From a virus, in the IMG/VR virus record IMGVR_UViG_3300037141_000243, positions 1 to 64,000 of that record: a stretch of 64,000 nucleotides of DNA; one strand, 5' to 3'. Position numbers and translations under genes: made by a program. Below, in pieces: positions 27,620 through 36,342 of this stretch. Each line of letters opens with the position of its first letter. Within the stretch, counting starts at the first letter, position 1. The notes below the pieces were generated by a model that was not told where the DNA came from, ran no database searches, and worked only from the letters and a program-made list of their open reading frames with translations.

Positions 27620-27920
27620 ATGTGCGGGACTCTCCCCGCTTGTCATGGTTGCGCTACCATTTGCGACTAGGGCGCTACCCTAATATTGCTCGGTCTGTTA
27701 CGTCTCCAGCCCCCTAATCGGGGCAAGGGTATCAGGCGCTACCGCTGCTCGGAATACGGAGTATTCCATCCACGCAACTACAATCAGATCATGGAAAGCG
27801 GGTCAATTCTGACAGCCTTCTGTCAAACGTAACAGTGAAAGGATCATTACCCCTAGCTCGGGCGATGAAGGGCTTGGGACACACATTCCTTTGATAAAGG
27901 TAATGATCCCATCACTGCTG
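27620..27920 (-). ncRNA. Candidate structured RNA / leader upstream of gcrA
   Basis: No ORF of 60 aa or more; many perfect stems; three GGTAGCGC copies. Strand inferred from context. Confidence 0.5.
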
Positions 27921-27924
27921 CGTT

Positions 27925-28371
27925 TCAATAATAACATACGGGCCGGGTCTTCAGCCAATACCCATCCGCCAAGGCCGCCAAGTCTATTTCAGACAATGGC
28001 GGAGCTTTACCGTATTTCCTGGCGTGTGCTCGTTGTAGATTCAACAACTTGGAAATGACTTCCAGGTGCCAAGGCTGAATACAATTTCGTTTGTAACAAA
28101 GATGATCAGGTTCGTGATCTTTTTGTATCGGACCATAATGATGGTGGGCAACCCATCTATGCCCACCCCAAAACTTACGCGTCTTGCGTGGGCCTATGCT
28201 CCAAACCACGTAACCATATTGGTCCCTGGCCCCCTGCCAAAGCCAACAGGGGCCGTCCAGCTTGGGGTCGGGGCTTTCCTCGACCCTGATCTTGGGAAGC
28301 CACGAGGCCCGGAAATAGGGCATCAGGGCTAGGTCTGGACCGCCCCAGCGCCAATCCAAAGCGGGATCCAT
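27925..28371 (-). CDS. HNH endonuclease
   Basis: CWLWQGA....GY, HRWV, DHLC..RNCIQPWHLE. Confidence 0.8.
   Translation of the reverse strand: MDPALDWRWGGPDLALMPYFRASWLPKIRVEESPDPKLDGPCWLWQGARDQYGYVVWSIGPRKTRKFWGGHRWVAHHHYGPIQKDHEPDHLCYKRNCIQPWHLEVISKLLNLQRAHARKYGKAPPLSEIDLAALADGYWLKTRPVCYY
27932..27940 (-). promoter_or_regulatory. CGTATGTTA motif (candidate phage promoter element)
   Basis: Exact 9-mer also at 36331 (-), 59153 (-) and 62135 (+), each co-oriented with the downstream gene. Confidence 0.5.
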
Positions 28372-28439
28372 GGTGGCCTCTTTAGCTAAAGGCTTGAAAT
28401 AAGGGGTGTTTTGGGCGTGGTGGGGGTAACTGAGCAATA

Positions 28440-28468
28440 CGCATAACTAGCTTTTTATTTCCCCGCAA
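28440..28468 (-). promoter_or_regulatory. Possible sigma70-type promoter
   Basis: TTGCGG-N17-TATGCG upstream of the HNH gene. Confidence 0.3.
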
Positions 28469-28481
28469 CACCTTTTTATAC

Positions 28482-28847
28482 CCAGGCCAGCTCGCTACCC
28501 TTTTTGGTCTTTAAGGTAATCTGTAATCATTTGATGCCATTCCCGCTTCATCTTAACCTTACGATTTATCCGTTCATCCATGCGGTCGCTGTCAAGGCCA
28601 AAGCGTTCAACCACCAATTCCATCATCGCGAGAACATCAGCAAGTTCATCCTCCAACCATTCCTTGTTGGACTTTCGAGTGACCGGTTCACTTTCGGCAA
28701 TGCCCTGAATGATGCAACGCGACACCGCTGCGCCACATTCGTTCAATTCCTCACCCAGCTTCCCCAGATGGGCAAGGTCGACCAGATTTGTCGTGGGTAT
28801 CCACAGGCTTGGTTTCACATCCAGGCCAGCTCGCTACCTTTTTTGGT
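28482..28847. repeat. 27-bp direct repeats (28482-28508 and 28821-28847) flanking the MazG-like gene
   Basis: CCAGGCCAGCTCGCTACC(C/T)TTTTTGGT, 26/27 identical. Confidence 0.85.
28495..28818 (-). CDS. MazG-like NTP pyrophosphohydrolase
   Basis: KLGEELNEC...LEDELADV acidic motifs. Confidence 0.7.
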   Translation of the reverse strand: MKPSLWIPTTNLVDLAHLGKLGEELNECGAAVSRCIIQGIAESEPVTRKSNKEWLEDELADVLAMMELVVERFGLDSDRMDERINRKVKMKREWHQMITDYLKDQKG

Positions 28848-30662
28848 TTTTGTAATCAACATGGTCCCGTCAAACGATCCTTTGTCTAACGAATGGTGGT
28901 CTACAAAGAAAATTGCCCGGCCTAATTCCAAAGCCCTATCGCGTAAGTGATCGAGAAGATCATCAACCCCGACAGCAGACAAACCTCGAGTCGGTTCATC
29001 AAGCACCTCCATGCTGGGTGAAACACCGGCCCGCGCCAATAGTACTTCTGATAAAGCAAACGATGTTGCAAGCTGCCAGCGTTGTGACTCACCACCAGAA
29101 TAGGACTCAAATCTGATTGGCTCATCCTGTCCCGGTGGGTACAGCATAACCGTAAAGCCTGCTGATACTTTCCCGCTTGCTGTTTCCCTTTCGGTTTCGA
29201 AGCGAATACCCCAGTCCTCTAACCCCAGCATAGACGCGTGCCGGGATGCGCTCATTTCCAATTCAACCAAAGTCTCATCAATGATAGACAGGCGCAGCTC
29301 TCTAAAGCCGTCTACCCAATACTTAGCTTGTTCCTGCAAGCCTTTTTGTTCGTCCAGCGCCTTGACCGCCTTGGCCTGTTGTTCCTTTACTTTATCCCGA
29401 CGTGCGCGCTGGTTGATCAACAACTCGCGGTGATGATTTACCGTGGCCTTTTCCCGCTTCAGATTGCTCATGGCGGCCTTAAGGGCTTCGCCGGCAATAC
29501 CTGATTCGCGTATTCCCCTAATCCACACCTCGTGTTCGTTTTCATACGCCCTCTGCCTTACCTTAAAGGCGTCATCTGCACGCTGTAATGTCTTTTGCAG
29601 GGCGTCGATGTCTCCAGCTATCTTAGCCGCTTCGCCCTTTTGCTTGGCAATCAGATCGTCCAGCGTCTTCGCCTTGGCCTCAATTCCGTCTGTTTGTTTA
29701 GCGGCTTCCTTGCTGCTGATCTCTTGCCCGCATTCCTTACACATCTTCTTGGGCTTTTTGGCCTGCTCATCAATCCAGTCCAATTCGTCCTGCAAGAGAT
29801 TACGCTTTTCCTTGTTGGACGAAATATCGCGAGCCAGAACCGCCGCGTTCCTTTGGCGGGTATTAATATCATTATGGATTTTGTCCGACGCATCGTTGAT
29901 CGGGGCCACAGGTTTATCGACGGTCAATACACCTCTGACCGCTTTCTCGGCAGCGGCTAAAGCCTTGGTCAGCTTTTCGACATTGGCTTGTTTGGTCTCG
30001 TCAAATTCATCGGCGGCTTTAATTGTATTGCTGATGTCATCACGCAAGGAATCCAGCAAGGCTGCACTGGCGGCTTGATCCTTTTCGATCTCACGTATCT
30101 GGGCTTCGGCGTTGGTGGTCGCTGCCTTGGCCTGATCAACCGCTTTAAGCCAAACGTCCAACGACAGGGCTTCGGTAAACATCTGCGATTGTTGCTCGGG
30201 GCGCAGGTCCAGGAACATGGTGCCGAATTGTCCTAGCACGATTGTCCTGCGGAACATTTCCTCCGTCATACCAATCAGCTTGGGGATTTCCTCTTGCGCT
30301 ATTTCCTTGCCATCCGTTGACCCGGCATAAACCACGATACTGTTGGGGTTGCGGGTTCGATCAATGATATAATTTTCCTCACCACGTTCAAACTCAAGGC
30401 TGACTTTCGTCTTGCCTTTACCAACCCAAGGCTTGATCGAATCGGCGGGACGGTTGTCACGGCCCGTTTTCCCAAACAATACCCAAATAAGCGCATCAAA
30501 GATTGTGCTTTTACCAACACCGTTACTCCCTAATTCAGGCTCGACCAAATTACGGCCCTGGATGAAATATAACCCAGGATCACGGTCCAGCTTTACCTCG
30601 TGCGATCCTGAAAACGTCTTAAAGTTCTCCAGCGTCAGGGAAAGGAAGCGTAAGTCACTCAT
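28815..30662 (-). CDS. sbcC: SbcC/Rad50 (T4 gp46-like) ATPase
   Basis: LENFKTF, GSNGVGKS, coiled coil with CKECGQ zinc hook, YSGGE, VLDEP, VDH. Confidence 0.9.
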   Translation of the reverse strand: MSDLRFLSLTLENFKTFSGSHEVKLDRDPGLYFIQGRNLVEPELGSNGVGKSTIFDALIWVLFGKTGRDNRPADSIKPWVGKGKTKVSLEFERGEENYIIDRTRNPNSIVVYAGSTDGKEIAQEEIPKLIGMTEEMFRRTIVLGQFGTMFLDLRPEQQSQMFTEALSLDVWLKAVDQAKAATTNAEAQIREIEKDQAASAALLDSLRDDISNTIKAADEFDETKQANVEKLTKALAAAEKAVRGVLTVDKPVAPINDASDKIHNDINTRQRNAAVLARDISSNKEKRNLLQDELDWIDEQAKKPKKMCKECGQEISSKEAAKQTDGIEAKAKTLDDLIAKQKGEAAKIAGDIDALQKTLQRADDAFKVRQRAYENEHEVWIRGIRESGIAGEALKAAMSNLKREKATVNHHRELLINQRARRDKVKEQQAKAVKALDEQKGLQEQAKYWVDGFRELRLSIIDETLVELEMSASRHASMLGLEDWGIRFETERETASGKVSAGFTVMLYPPGQDEPIRFESYSGGESQRWQLATSFALSEVLLARAGVSPSMEVLDEPTRGLSAVGVDDLLDHLRDRALELGRAIFFVDHHSLDKGSFDGTMLITKTKKGSELAWM

Positions 30663-31063
30663 TTCGGTTGCTCTTCTAAAAGCGAACGGACTAAAGCAAG
30701 ACACAGGGCAAGAGCCGGATTATATGCAACGGCATCCCGTGCTATTTTTCCATGCGTACCAACAACCGCCTGATAGACACGCACCCGAGTTCTAAATGAA
30801 TTGTACATTGTAGGAGTTGCCAAAGACCAATAAACACCCGGCAGCAAGCGATCAACCAAAGCCACGGCAGCATCAAGCGATGACGTCATATGTGGGGCTT
30901 CCGTAGACCAAACCTTATCTCCAGTTTTCCAGGCCACCAAATGGGGGTATTCATCAATCGGGGTTTTCTCTTTGTAGCCGAGAATTGTTAGCTTTTCGTC
31001 CAGAGCACGATTCGGGACAATCTCTTTGGAAAGACGGTATTCTAAATCTACAAGGTCAGCCAT
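30659..31063 (-). CDS. Hypothetical phage protein
   Basis: TSSLDAAVALV...PALALCLALVR motif common in phage accessory proteins. Confidence 0.6.
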   Translation of the reverse strand: MADLVDLEYRLSKEIVPNRALDEKLTILGYKEKTPIDEYPHLVAWKTGDKVWSTEAPHMTSSLDAAVALVDRLLPGVYWSLATPTMYNSFRTRVRVYQAVVGTHGKIARDAVAYNPALALCLALVRSLLEEQPK

Positions 31064-31259
31064 CAATTGACTCCAGACCTCGAAGCAGCCCGGCGATGAA
31101 TTCGTCACCCTTCATCTTGGGATCGTTAACAAATTCATAACGCACGATAGCAATTATCTTTTCCTTTGGATCATTCAGTGGATCATCCAGGGCCACGTCA
31201 AAATTAACCTCTTTCAAGTAGACTGTATGGCCGCTCTTTGTGATAACGGTATAATTCAT
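31056..31259 (-). CDS. Hypothetical protein
   Basis: 67 aa, coupled to sbcD. Confidence 0.5.
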   Translation of the reverse strand: MNYTVITKSGHTVYLKEVNFDVALDDPLNDPKEKIIAIVRYEFVNDPKMKGDEFIAGLLRGLESIDG

Positions 31260-32272
31260 CGACTGGCCGCCTTGAGGAAGCTTTCCCCGGCCTTTAGGAG
31301 CGGCCCGTCCAGGCCCTTTGCCCCGGCGAAGGCCGCTAGGGCATCCATCGGCCCGGAAGCCCCTGTGACGGCCCCTGTGCGGCCCTTGGCGGGCTTTTTG
31401 GGCTCAGGCAGGGCCAATAACTCTGGTCCCGTGAGTTCCAACCCCATTTCAGCCGCTTCCGCAATAATGTTGCGCTTGATCGCGGGCCACTCGGCATATG
31501 CGGTTCTGGGCATATGTACCCGAACCTTGACCTGATCGCCAGCTTTCAGGATTTCCCACGCAGCCGAATCGGCCAACGGTTCTGTGCCTTGTAAATCCAC
31601 GGTCAGCTTATTCTTGGTCGGGAAATGTAAATCCTTGGTCGTCCCATCATCGCGGATCAGGAGCACGCGGGGGGTGTGGGATTCGCCAAAGCGTACTTTA
31701 TATGGGCTTCCTACGTATACGATTTGCTTAGTAAGCCGCTGGGCCTTGTGGATGTCGCCGCTGTAGATTTGAGCCTTGGTCTTACCAAAGACTGACGGCG
31801 GGATTCCGGTCAGGGCGTGGTCATTCATCTCGCTGATCGCCCCATCGAAAGTTTGATGACAAAATATGTATTCCGCTTTATTAAAGTCCAGCCCCTTCCA
31901 ATCGGTTTGATAGTCGCGGGTGTTGGGAAGCAGCCATGTCCTAATGTCCTGCAAATAGGTTGGCTCTTTGATAAAAGCCAAATTCTTTTCGCCATCCATG
32001 AACCCGAAAAATGGGGTTGCGGGATCGATGTAATCATGATTGCCACGAATGATTATTACCTCACAGGCCCTAGCAAGGTCACGCAAACCATCGACCAGCC
32101 TGTTGGTGAGGTCCGCACTGTGACAATTTTTCGCATCCGTCAAATCCCCACCAAGTATAATCGTAGCGACGTTTTGCTTACGGGCCTGTTCCTTTAGCCA
32201 CGGCAACAGCGCCCATCGATGCTCGTCCCTGGGTAAATCTGTAAAGTGTAAGTCCGCCGTAAACAGGATCAC
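31256..32272 (-). CDS. sbcD: SbcD/Mre11 (T4 gp47-like) nuclease
   Basis: ADLH, GGDL, GNHD, CHQ, SGDIH, YVGSP metallophosphoesterase motifs. Confidence 0.9.
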   Translation of the reverse strand: MILFTADLHFTDLPRDEHRWALLPWLKEQARKQNVATIILGGDLTDAKNCHSADLTNRLVDGLRDLARACEVIIIRGNHDYIDPATPFFGFMDGEKNLAFIKEPTYLQDIRTWLLPNTRDYQTDWKGLDFNKAEYIFCHQTFDGAISEMNDHALTGIPPSVFGKTKAQIYSGDIHKAQRLTKQIVYVGSPYKVRFGESHTPRVLLIRDDGTTKDLHFPTKNKLTVDLQGTEPLADSAAWEILKAGDQVKVRVHMPRTAYAEWPAIKRNIIAEAAEMGLELTGPELLALPEPKKPAKGRTGAVTGASGPMDALAAFAGAKGLDGPLLKAGESFLKAASR

Positions 32273-32595
32273 TTCAGCCCACTCCCCGGCGTGGGCTCGT
32301 CCTCGTTTGCCGGCGGCTTTTCGCTGTCCGATTTCATGCTGCGGATATTGCGCTCGATCACAGACGAGCAGGCCACATTGAGGCTGTATTCGTGGTCGGG
32401 GATTTCACCCTTTGCCATTTTCTCAAAGACAAAGGCCCGCCAATCAACACAGGCGCGAGCGGATGCTTCCAGGGCGTCGTCCTGGATAAATTGTAGCTTT
32501 TCAGCAAGGTAATTTATTTCCTCATCGTCATACCCTTCAGGGCCAATCCTTTCAAGGATTTCCCTAGCAAAGTCTTCCAGCTTTGGGTTTGTCAT
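32269..32595 (-). CDS. Hypothetical protein
   Basis: 108 aa, coupled on both sides. Confidence 0.55.
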   Translation of the reverse strand: MTNPKLEDFAREILERIGPEGYDDEEINYLAEKLQFIQDDALEASARACVDWRAFVFEKMAKGEIPDHEYSLNVACSSVIERNIRSMKSDSEKPPANEDEPTPGSGLK

Positions 32596-33110
32596 TGGGG
32601 CGGGTCCAACTTTAGCAATTCTTCAAACAACATCATACACACCGATTCATCATTACTAAAAGCATACAAATCAGCTTGAGGACGCCAACGATCACCCAAC
32701 CACATTTCCTCGTAATACATAAACACCACGACCGGGCAATTGTTCTGTTTGGCGATCAGCAGGGGGCGTTTGCCGGCCTTGGCAGCATCACGGCTGACCT
32801 GCTTCCAGTATTCCACCAGCGGGCCTTTGCCTTTCATCAAGGCAGCTTGCAGGTTGAGGTCCTTTACGAATTTGCATTCAATCGAAAAGTAATTGACCAA
32901 CGCGTGGCCCTCGGGGGCGACGGCAGATATATCACCGGATTGCGATTGGGTCTTTTTGCCCTTGGCGTGGCGAACCGTGGCCCGGCCCCCCGACATTGCG
33001 CTACGCCAGAACGCACAATCACTTTTCCCGTCGGTAACCCACAAGGATAGCTTTTCACAAACTAGCCTCTCAAACGCAGCGCCTTTTTGCTTCCCTCCGC
33101 CGGCGCGCAT
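32592..33110 (-). CDS. Holliday junction resolvase-like PD-(D/E)XK nuclease
   Basis: KQKGAAFER, SGGR, GDI, IECK, W.Q...DA, PLLIAK. Confidence 0.8.
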   Translation of the reverse strand: MRAGGGKQKGAAFERLVCEKLSLWVTDGKSDCAFWRSAMSGGRATVRHAKGKKTQSQSGDISAVAPEGHALVNYFSIECKFVKDLNLQAALMKGKGPLVEYWKQVSRDAAKAGKRPLLIAKQNNCPVVVFMYYEEMWLGDRWRPQADLYAFSNDESVCMMLFEELLKLDPPQ

Positions 33111-34135
33111 TATGTATACTTACGGCGACGTGGGAGGAAACTTGTTTCAATATCATTCCAGGCTTTCGCCACCACCTGATCCAGCTCGTCACTGCGTTTG
33201 CGGTATTCCACGTCATCCCAGTCAACGGAGTCATCAATCAGTTGCTCGGCAGCAGCAATCGACAGGCCCATATCCTTTGTACGCTTGGCCTCGATCAACC
33301 ACTCCATGCCGGCAGCAAAGCTATCGACACCAAAGCCAAAGGCCAGCGTAAACTGACACGACCGCAGCGCCACGCTGATTTTGTTCTTGGTGCATTTGGC
33401 CTTGATTAAAATCCCGGTCGTCCGCTTCTGCCCGTTGATGGTCTGGTTGATGCTTTTCAAATGGGCCAGCTTTACAACTTGAGAAGCGTAGAAATCCAAC
33501 GCCCGACCACCCGACCTTGTAGTCTTGTCACCAAACATCGCGCCAATGTTGTCGCGGATTTGGGAAATGATGATGACCGCCATATCGGTTTTGTTGATCT
33601 TGCGGATCAGCCGGCGGAATAGCTGACTCATCTGCTTGGCCTTATTGCCGCCATAGGACGGGGCATCAATCTTGCGGGCCAGCTCAGCGCGGTCAGAAAG
33701 CGCGTCAAGGCTATCCAGGATATACAACCCCGGCTGGCCCGGCTTGGCCTTGTCGAGGATGGAATCCAGGTCCTCGTAAAAGTCCTCAACCGAATCAAAG
33801 TTTACATCATCATCAAGGAAGCTGATTTGGCTGACCGGCATCCCCAGGGCTTTGGCATAGCTTTTGTCGAACGCGGACTCAGCCTCGCGGTAATAGATTT
33901 TGCCCTTGGGGTATTGTTTTAGGAAATTGGCGCACGCTTCAATCGCCAGCAGCGTCTTACCGGTTGACTTGTCACCGATGATATTGGTCAAGCGGCCAAG
34001 CACGTAGCCCCCGTTGCGACGCCCAGATATTACAAGATTCAGGAGCGTGCAGCCGGTGCTGATAAACTTCAGATCGGAGGGTGGGTCATAGTAAACCCCA
34101 CCCTCCTTCTTATCCAGCTTTAAGCGGGGAGCCAC
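33110..34135 (-). CDS. recA: RecA-like recombinase
   Basis: ISTG..LLN, GDKSTGKT, ILDSL, ISQIR, SGGRALDFYAS, KNK. Confidence 0.92.
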   Translation of the reverse strand: MAPRLKLDKKEGGVYYDPPSDLKFISTGCTLLNLVISGRRNGGYVLGRLTNIIGDKSTGKTLLAIEACANFLKQYPKGKIYYREAESAFDKSYAKALGMPVSQISFLDDDVNFDSVEDFYEDLDSILDKAKPGQPGLYILDSLDALSDRAELARKIDAPSYGGNKAKQMSQLFRRLIRKINKTDMAVIIISQIRDNIGAMFGDKTTRSGGRALDFYASQVVKLAHLKSINQTINGQKRTTGILIKAKCTKNKISVALRSCQFTLAFGFGVDSFAAGMEWLIEAKRTKDMGLSIAAAEQLIDDSVDWDDVEYRKRSDELDQVVAKAWNDIETSFLPRRRKYT

Positions 34136-35374
34136 TTATTTCCGCCTTACCTTACGCGGCGGCTCGTCGTCCTCTTCAGCCTTGGGCTTCAAACGCTGGA
34201 GTCGGGCTCGGGTGCTGGCGACGGCGTCGTCGGAATCGGGATCGGCGTCTCGGCTTGCACGGGCTCGACCACGGGGCTTTTCTTCTTCGGGGTCCGGCTC
34301 CGGGTCGTCTTCCGGCTCGGGCTCTTCGGACCGGCTGCGGCGGCTACGCGGCGCTTCTTCTTCAGCCTCTTGGCGGCGTCCCCTGCGCGGGGTTTCGTCT
34401 TCGGCTTCTTCGCCGCGGCGCGAACGACGCGGGCTTTCTTCTTTGGTTTCTTCTTCGGCATTGTCATCCTCATTGTTACGCCCACGCGATCCCCTGGGCT
34501 TGGGTTCATCTTCAGGCTCCGGCTCTGAACGGTGATTTCTCGCAGAACGAGGCGTATTCGCTTCGGTGTCATCTTCGCCTTCCTCAGAAGACCGATTACG
34601 ACTTGAACGAGTCGGCTTTTCTTCTTCCGCATCTTCTTCACGATCCTTCTTGGACCCCTTCTTGCCACGGTAAATCTTATCCAAGTAATCGTAATCGTGG
34701 ATGATCAGCATGTCAGGCAACGGATTCTCAACAATGAAATCCATCCACTTATCCTGCGTCGATTGCTTTTCGTGCAGGGGCGAAGGGTCGCGGTCGATGT
34801 CCTCGTTGATGTAACGAGTATTTAGCATCTTGCCTTCACGGCGGAAGCTAATGTCGTGGCCGTTGTCAGGATCATCAATCGCCAGCACAGCCCCGGTTTT
34901 CTTGTTCTGCATACGAAGCTGCAAGGCTTTCTCAAGCTGCCAGCCAAGCCGCCAGACTTTGGGGCCTTCCTTTTCGGCGGAGCGGTCGATGATATAGGCC
35001 AAGCGTTCCTGCTTGGCTTTGAGGTCCTTGATGGCCTTTTCATCCTCGTCCTCGTCCATGCCGGCAACCGCCTCGCAGATTGGGCAAGCGGTATCCTGAT
35101 CGAACAAAGCCCCCATCTTGGCCGGGCAAAGATAGACGCCGTTGTCAGGGCCGACATTACGGTGGACCCAGGTATCCAGGCACCAATTATTACCCCAATC
35201 GGATTTGAGATCCCAGGTCGGCGGCAGGATACGGTAATTGTTTTCGCCTTCCTCGACCTTCACAAACTGGACCAGATCATTAAGATAGCTATCGTAGGTG
35301 CTACCGGATTGCGTAGCCCGTTTCTTGACATCCTCCGGGCTGCGTTCTTGGTATTTGAATTTACTTGCTGCCAT
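34136..35374 (-). CDS. Single-stranded DNA-binding protein (gp32-like) with long low-complexity tail
   Basis: RILPP, H..VG....YLC, CPICE, DPDNGHDI.F.REG; Glu/Arg/Pro-rich C-terminus. Confidence 0.75.
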   Translation of the reverse strand: MAASKFKYQERSPEDVKKRATQSGSTYDSYLNDLVQFVKVEEGENNYRILPPTWDLKSDWGNNWCLDTWVHRNVGPDNGVYLCPAKMGALFDQDTACPICEAVAGMDEDEDEKAIKDLKAKQERLAYIIDRSAEKEGPKVWRLGWQLEKALQLRMQNKKTGAVLAIDDPDNGHDISFRREGKMLNTRYINEDIDRDPSPLHEKQSTQDKWMDFIVENPLPDMLIIHDYDYLDKIYRGKKGSKKDREEDAEEEKPTRSSRNRSSEEGEDDTEANTPRSARNHRSEPEPEDEPKPRGSRGRNNEDDNAEEETKEESPRRSRRGEEAEDETPRRGRRQEAEEEAPRSRRSRSEEPEPEDDPEPDPEEEKPRGRARASRDADPDSDDAVASTRARLQRLKPKAEEDDEPPRKVRRK

Positions 35375-35516
35375 TAGTCTCGTCTCCTTCTGCGATTTTA
35401 ATCACTCGTTTTAGATGGGATTCCTTTTCACTGAAATACAGGCGCATGAAACCCCACACGAATACACCTACGGCCAGCAACACGCAGCCAACAATAATTA
35501 CGTCCCTCGATGTCAT
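35361..35516 (-). CDS. Small membrane protein
   Basis: Hand-translated 51 aa ORF with an N-terminal TM segment. Confidence 0.4.
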   Translation of the reverse strand: MTSRDVIIVGCVLLAVGVFVWGFMRLYFSEKESHLKRVIKIAEGDETNGSK

Positions 35517-35519
35517 CGA

Positions 35520-36044
35520 CTACCTCTTGTTGCGTGCTTCGCGCTGCTTACCGGCAATCTCGCGGATGTCGGCTACCTTGCGGTCGCCCGCCTCATCCCG
35601 CGCTCGGCTACCCGTGGAAACTGTAAAGTAATTACTGGCGAATAGCTGGGCCAACTCGCGCAAAGCTCCGGAACGGTCACGATAGGATTCCTTCATCCCC
35701 GCCAACAGATCGGCTTGCAGACAGGCGCGTGCATACTTCTTGCGGTAGTCGATGATCTTGGGCGACAGGTCGATCTGGCTCTGCAACGACTTCTCGGTCA
35801 GCTTGTCCCCGGCCTTTTCCGCTTCCTGGCGGAATTGCCTGTCCAGCTCGGCCATTGCCTGATCACGCTCCATCTTGATCTCATCGCGGCGGGAGCAAGC
35901 CATGACATAGGCTTCACTGACCCGCCAATAGGCGTCCGGTTGCTCCATCAAAGCGGTATCCAGATCGTTGCGGTCGATCTTTAGGCCATCCCGCAGATCG
36001 TCGAGCAAGCTGTTGGTTTCGTCTTCGTCACGTGTTTTTGGCAT
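35520..36044 (-). CDS. UvsY-like recombination mediator (putative)
   Basis: Helical protein with LKIDRNDLD..L.EQP..Y and KLTEK motifs, next to SSB and RecA. Confidence 0.5.
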   Translation of the reverse strand: MPKTRDEDETNSLLDDLRDGLKIDRNDLDTALMEQPDAYWRVSEAYVMACSRRDEIKMERDQAMAELDRQFRQEAEKAGDKLTEKSLQSQIDLSPKIIDYRKKYARACLQADLLAGMKESYRDRSGALRELAQLFASNYFTVSTGSRARDEAGDRKVADIREIAGKQREARNKR

Positions 36045-36053
36045 TTCAATTCC

Positions 36054-36308
36054 TCACTTAGACCAATGTTTATTCGGATGCGGGCAAACGTTCCGCGCGG
36101 GGCAATCGTCGCAATACCATTCCCGGTCCAATGTCAGGATGCACTCCCACACCTTGCCTTTGTACCAGCCCTTAGCGACCGGCACGGTGTTGGCGATCAT
36201 CGTGCAGAACTCTTGCAGCTTCGCCGTTGTCGGAAGATAACGAAACGTATCCAGCTTTTGCCGGTTTGCGTCCATTTCCTCTTGGCTGAGAATGTATTGC
36301 ACAGGCAC
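36054..36308 (-). CDS. Cys-rich hypothetical protein
   Basis: 84 aa with WYCDDCP...VCP. Confidence 0.55.
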   Translation of the reverse strand: MPVQYILSQEEMDANRQKLDTFRYLPTTAKLQEFCTMIANTVPVAKGWYKGKVWECILTLDREWYCDDCPARNVCPHPNKHWSK

Positions 36309-36342
36309 CCCTAGTGATGAATCATGTTAATAACATACGGCC

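Noticed and set aside
27870-27880. GTCCCAAGCCC on the minus strand resembles the twister ribozyme loop
   Set aside because: The flanks do not form the enclosing P4 stem, and I could not place the other conserved twister elements
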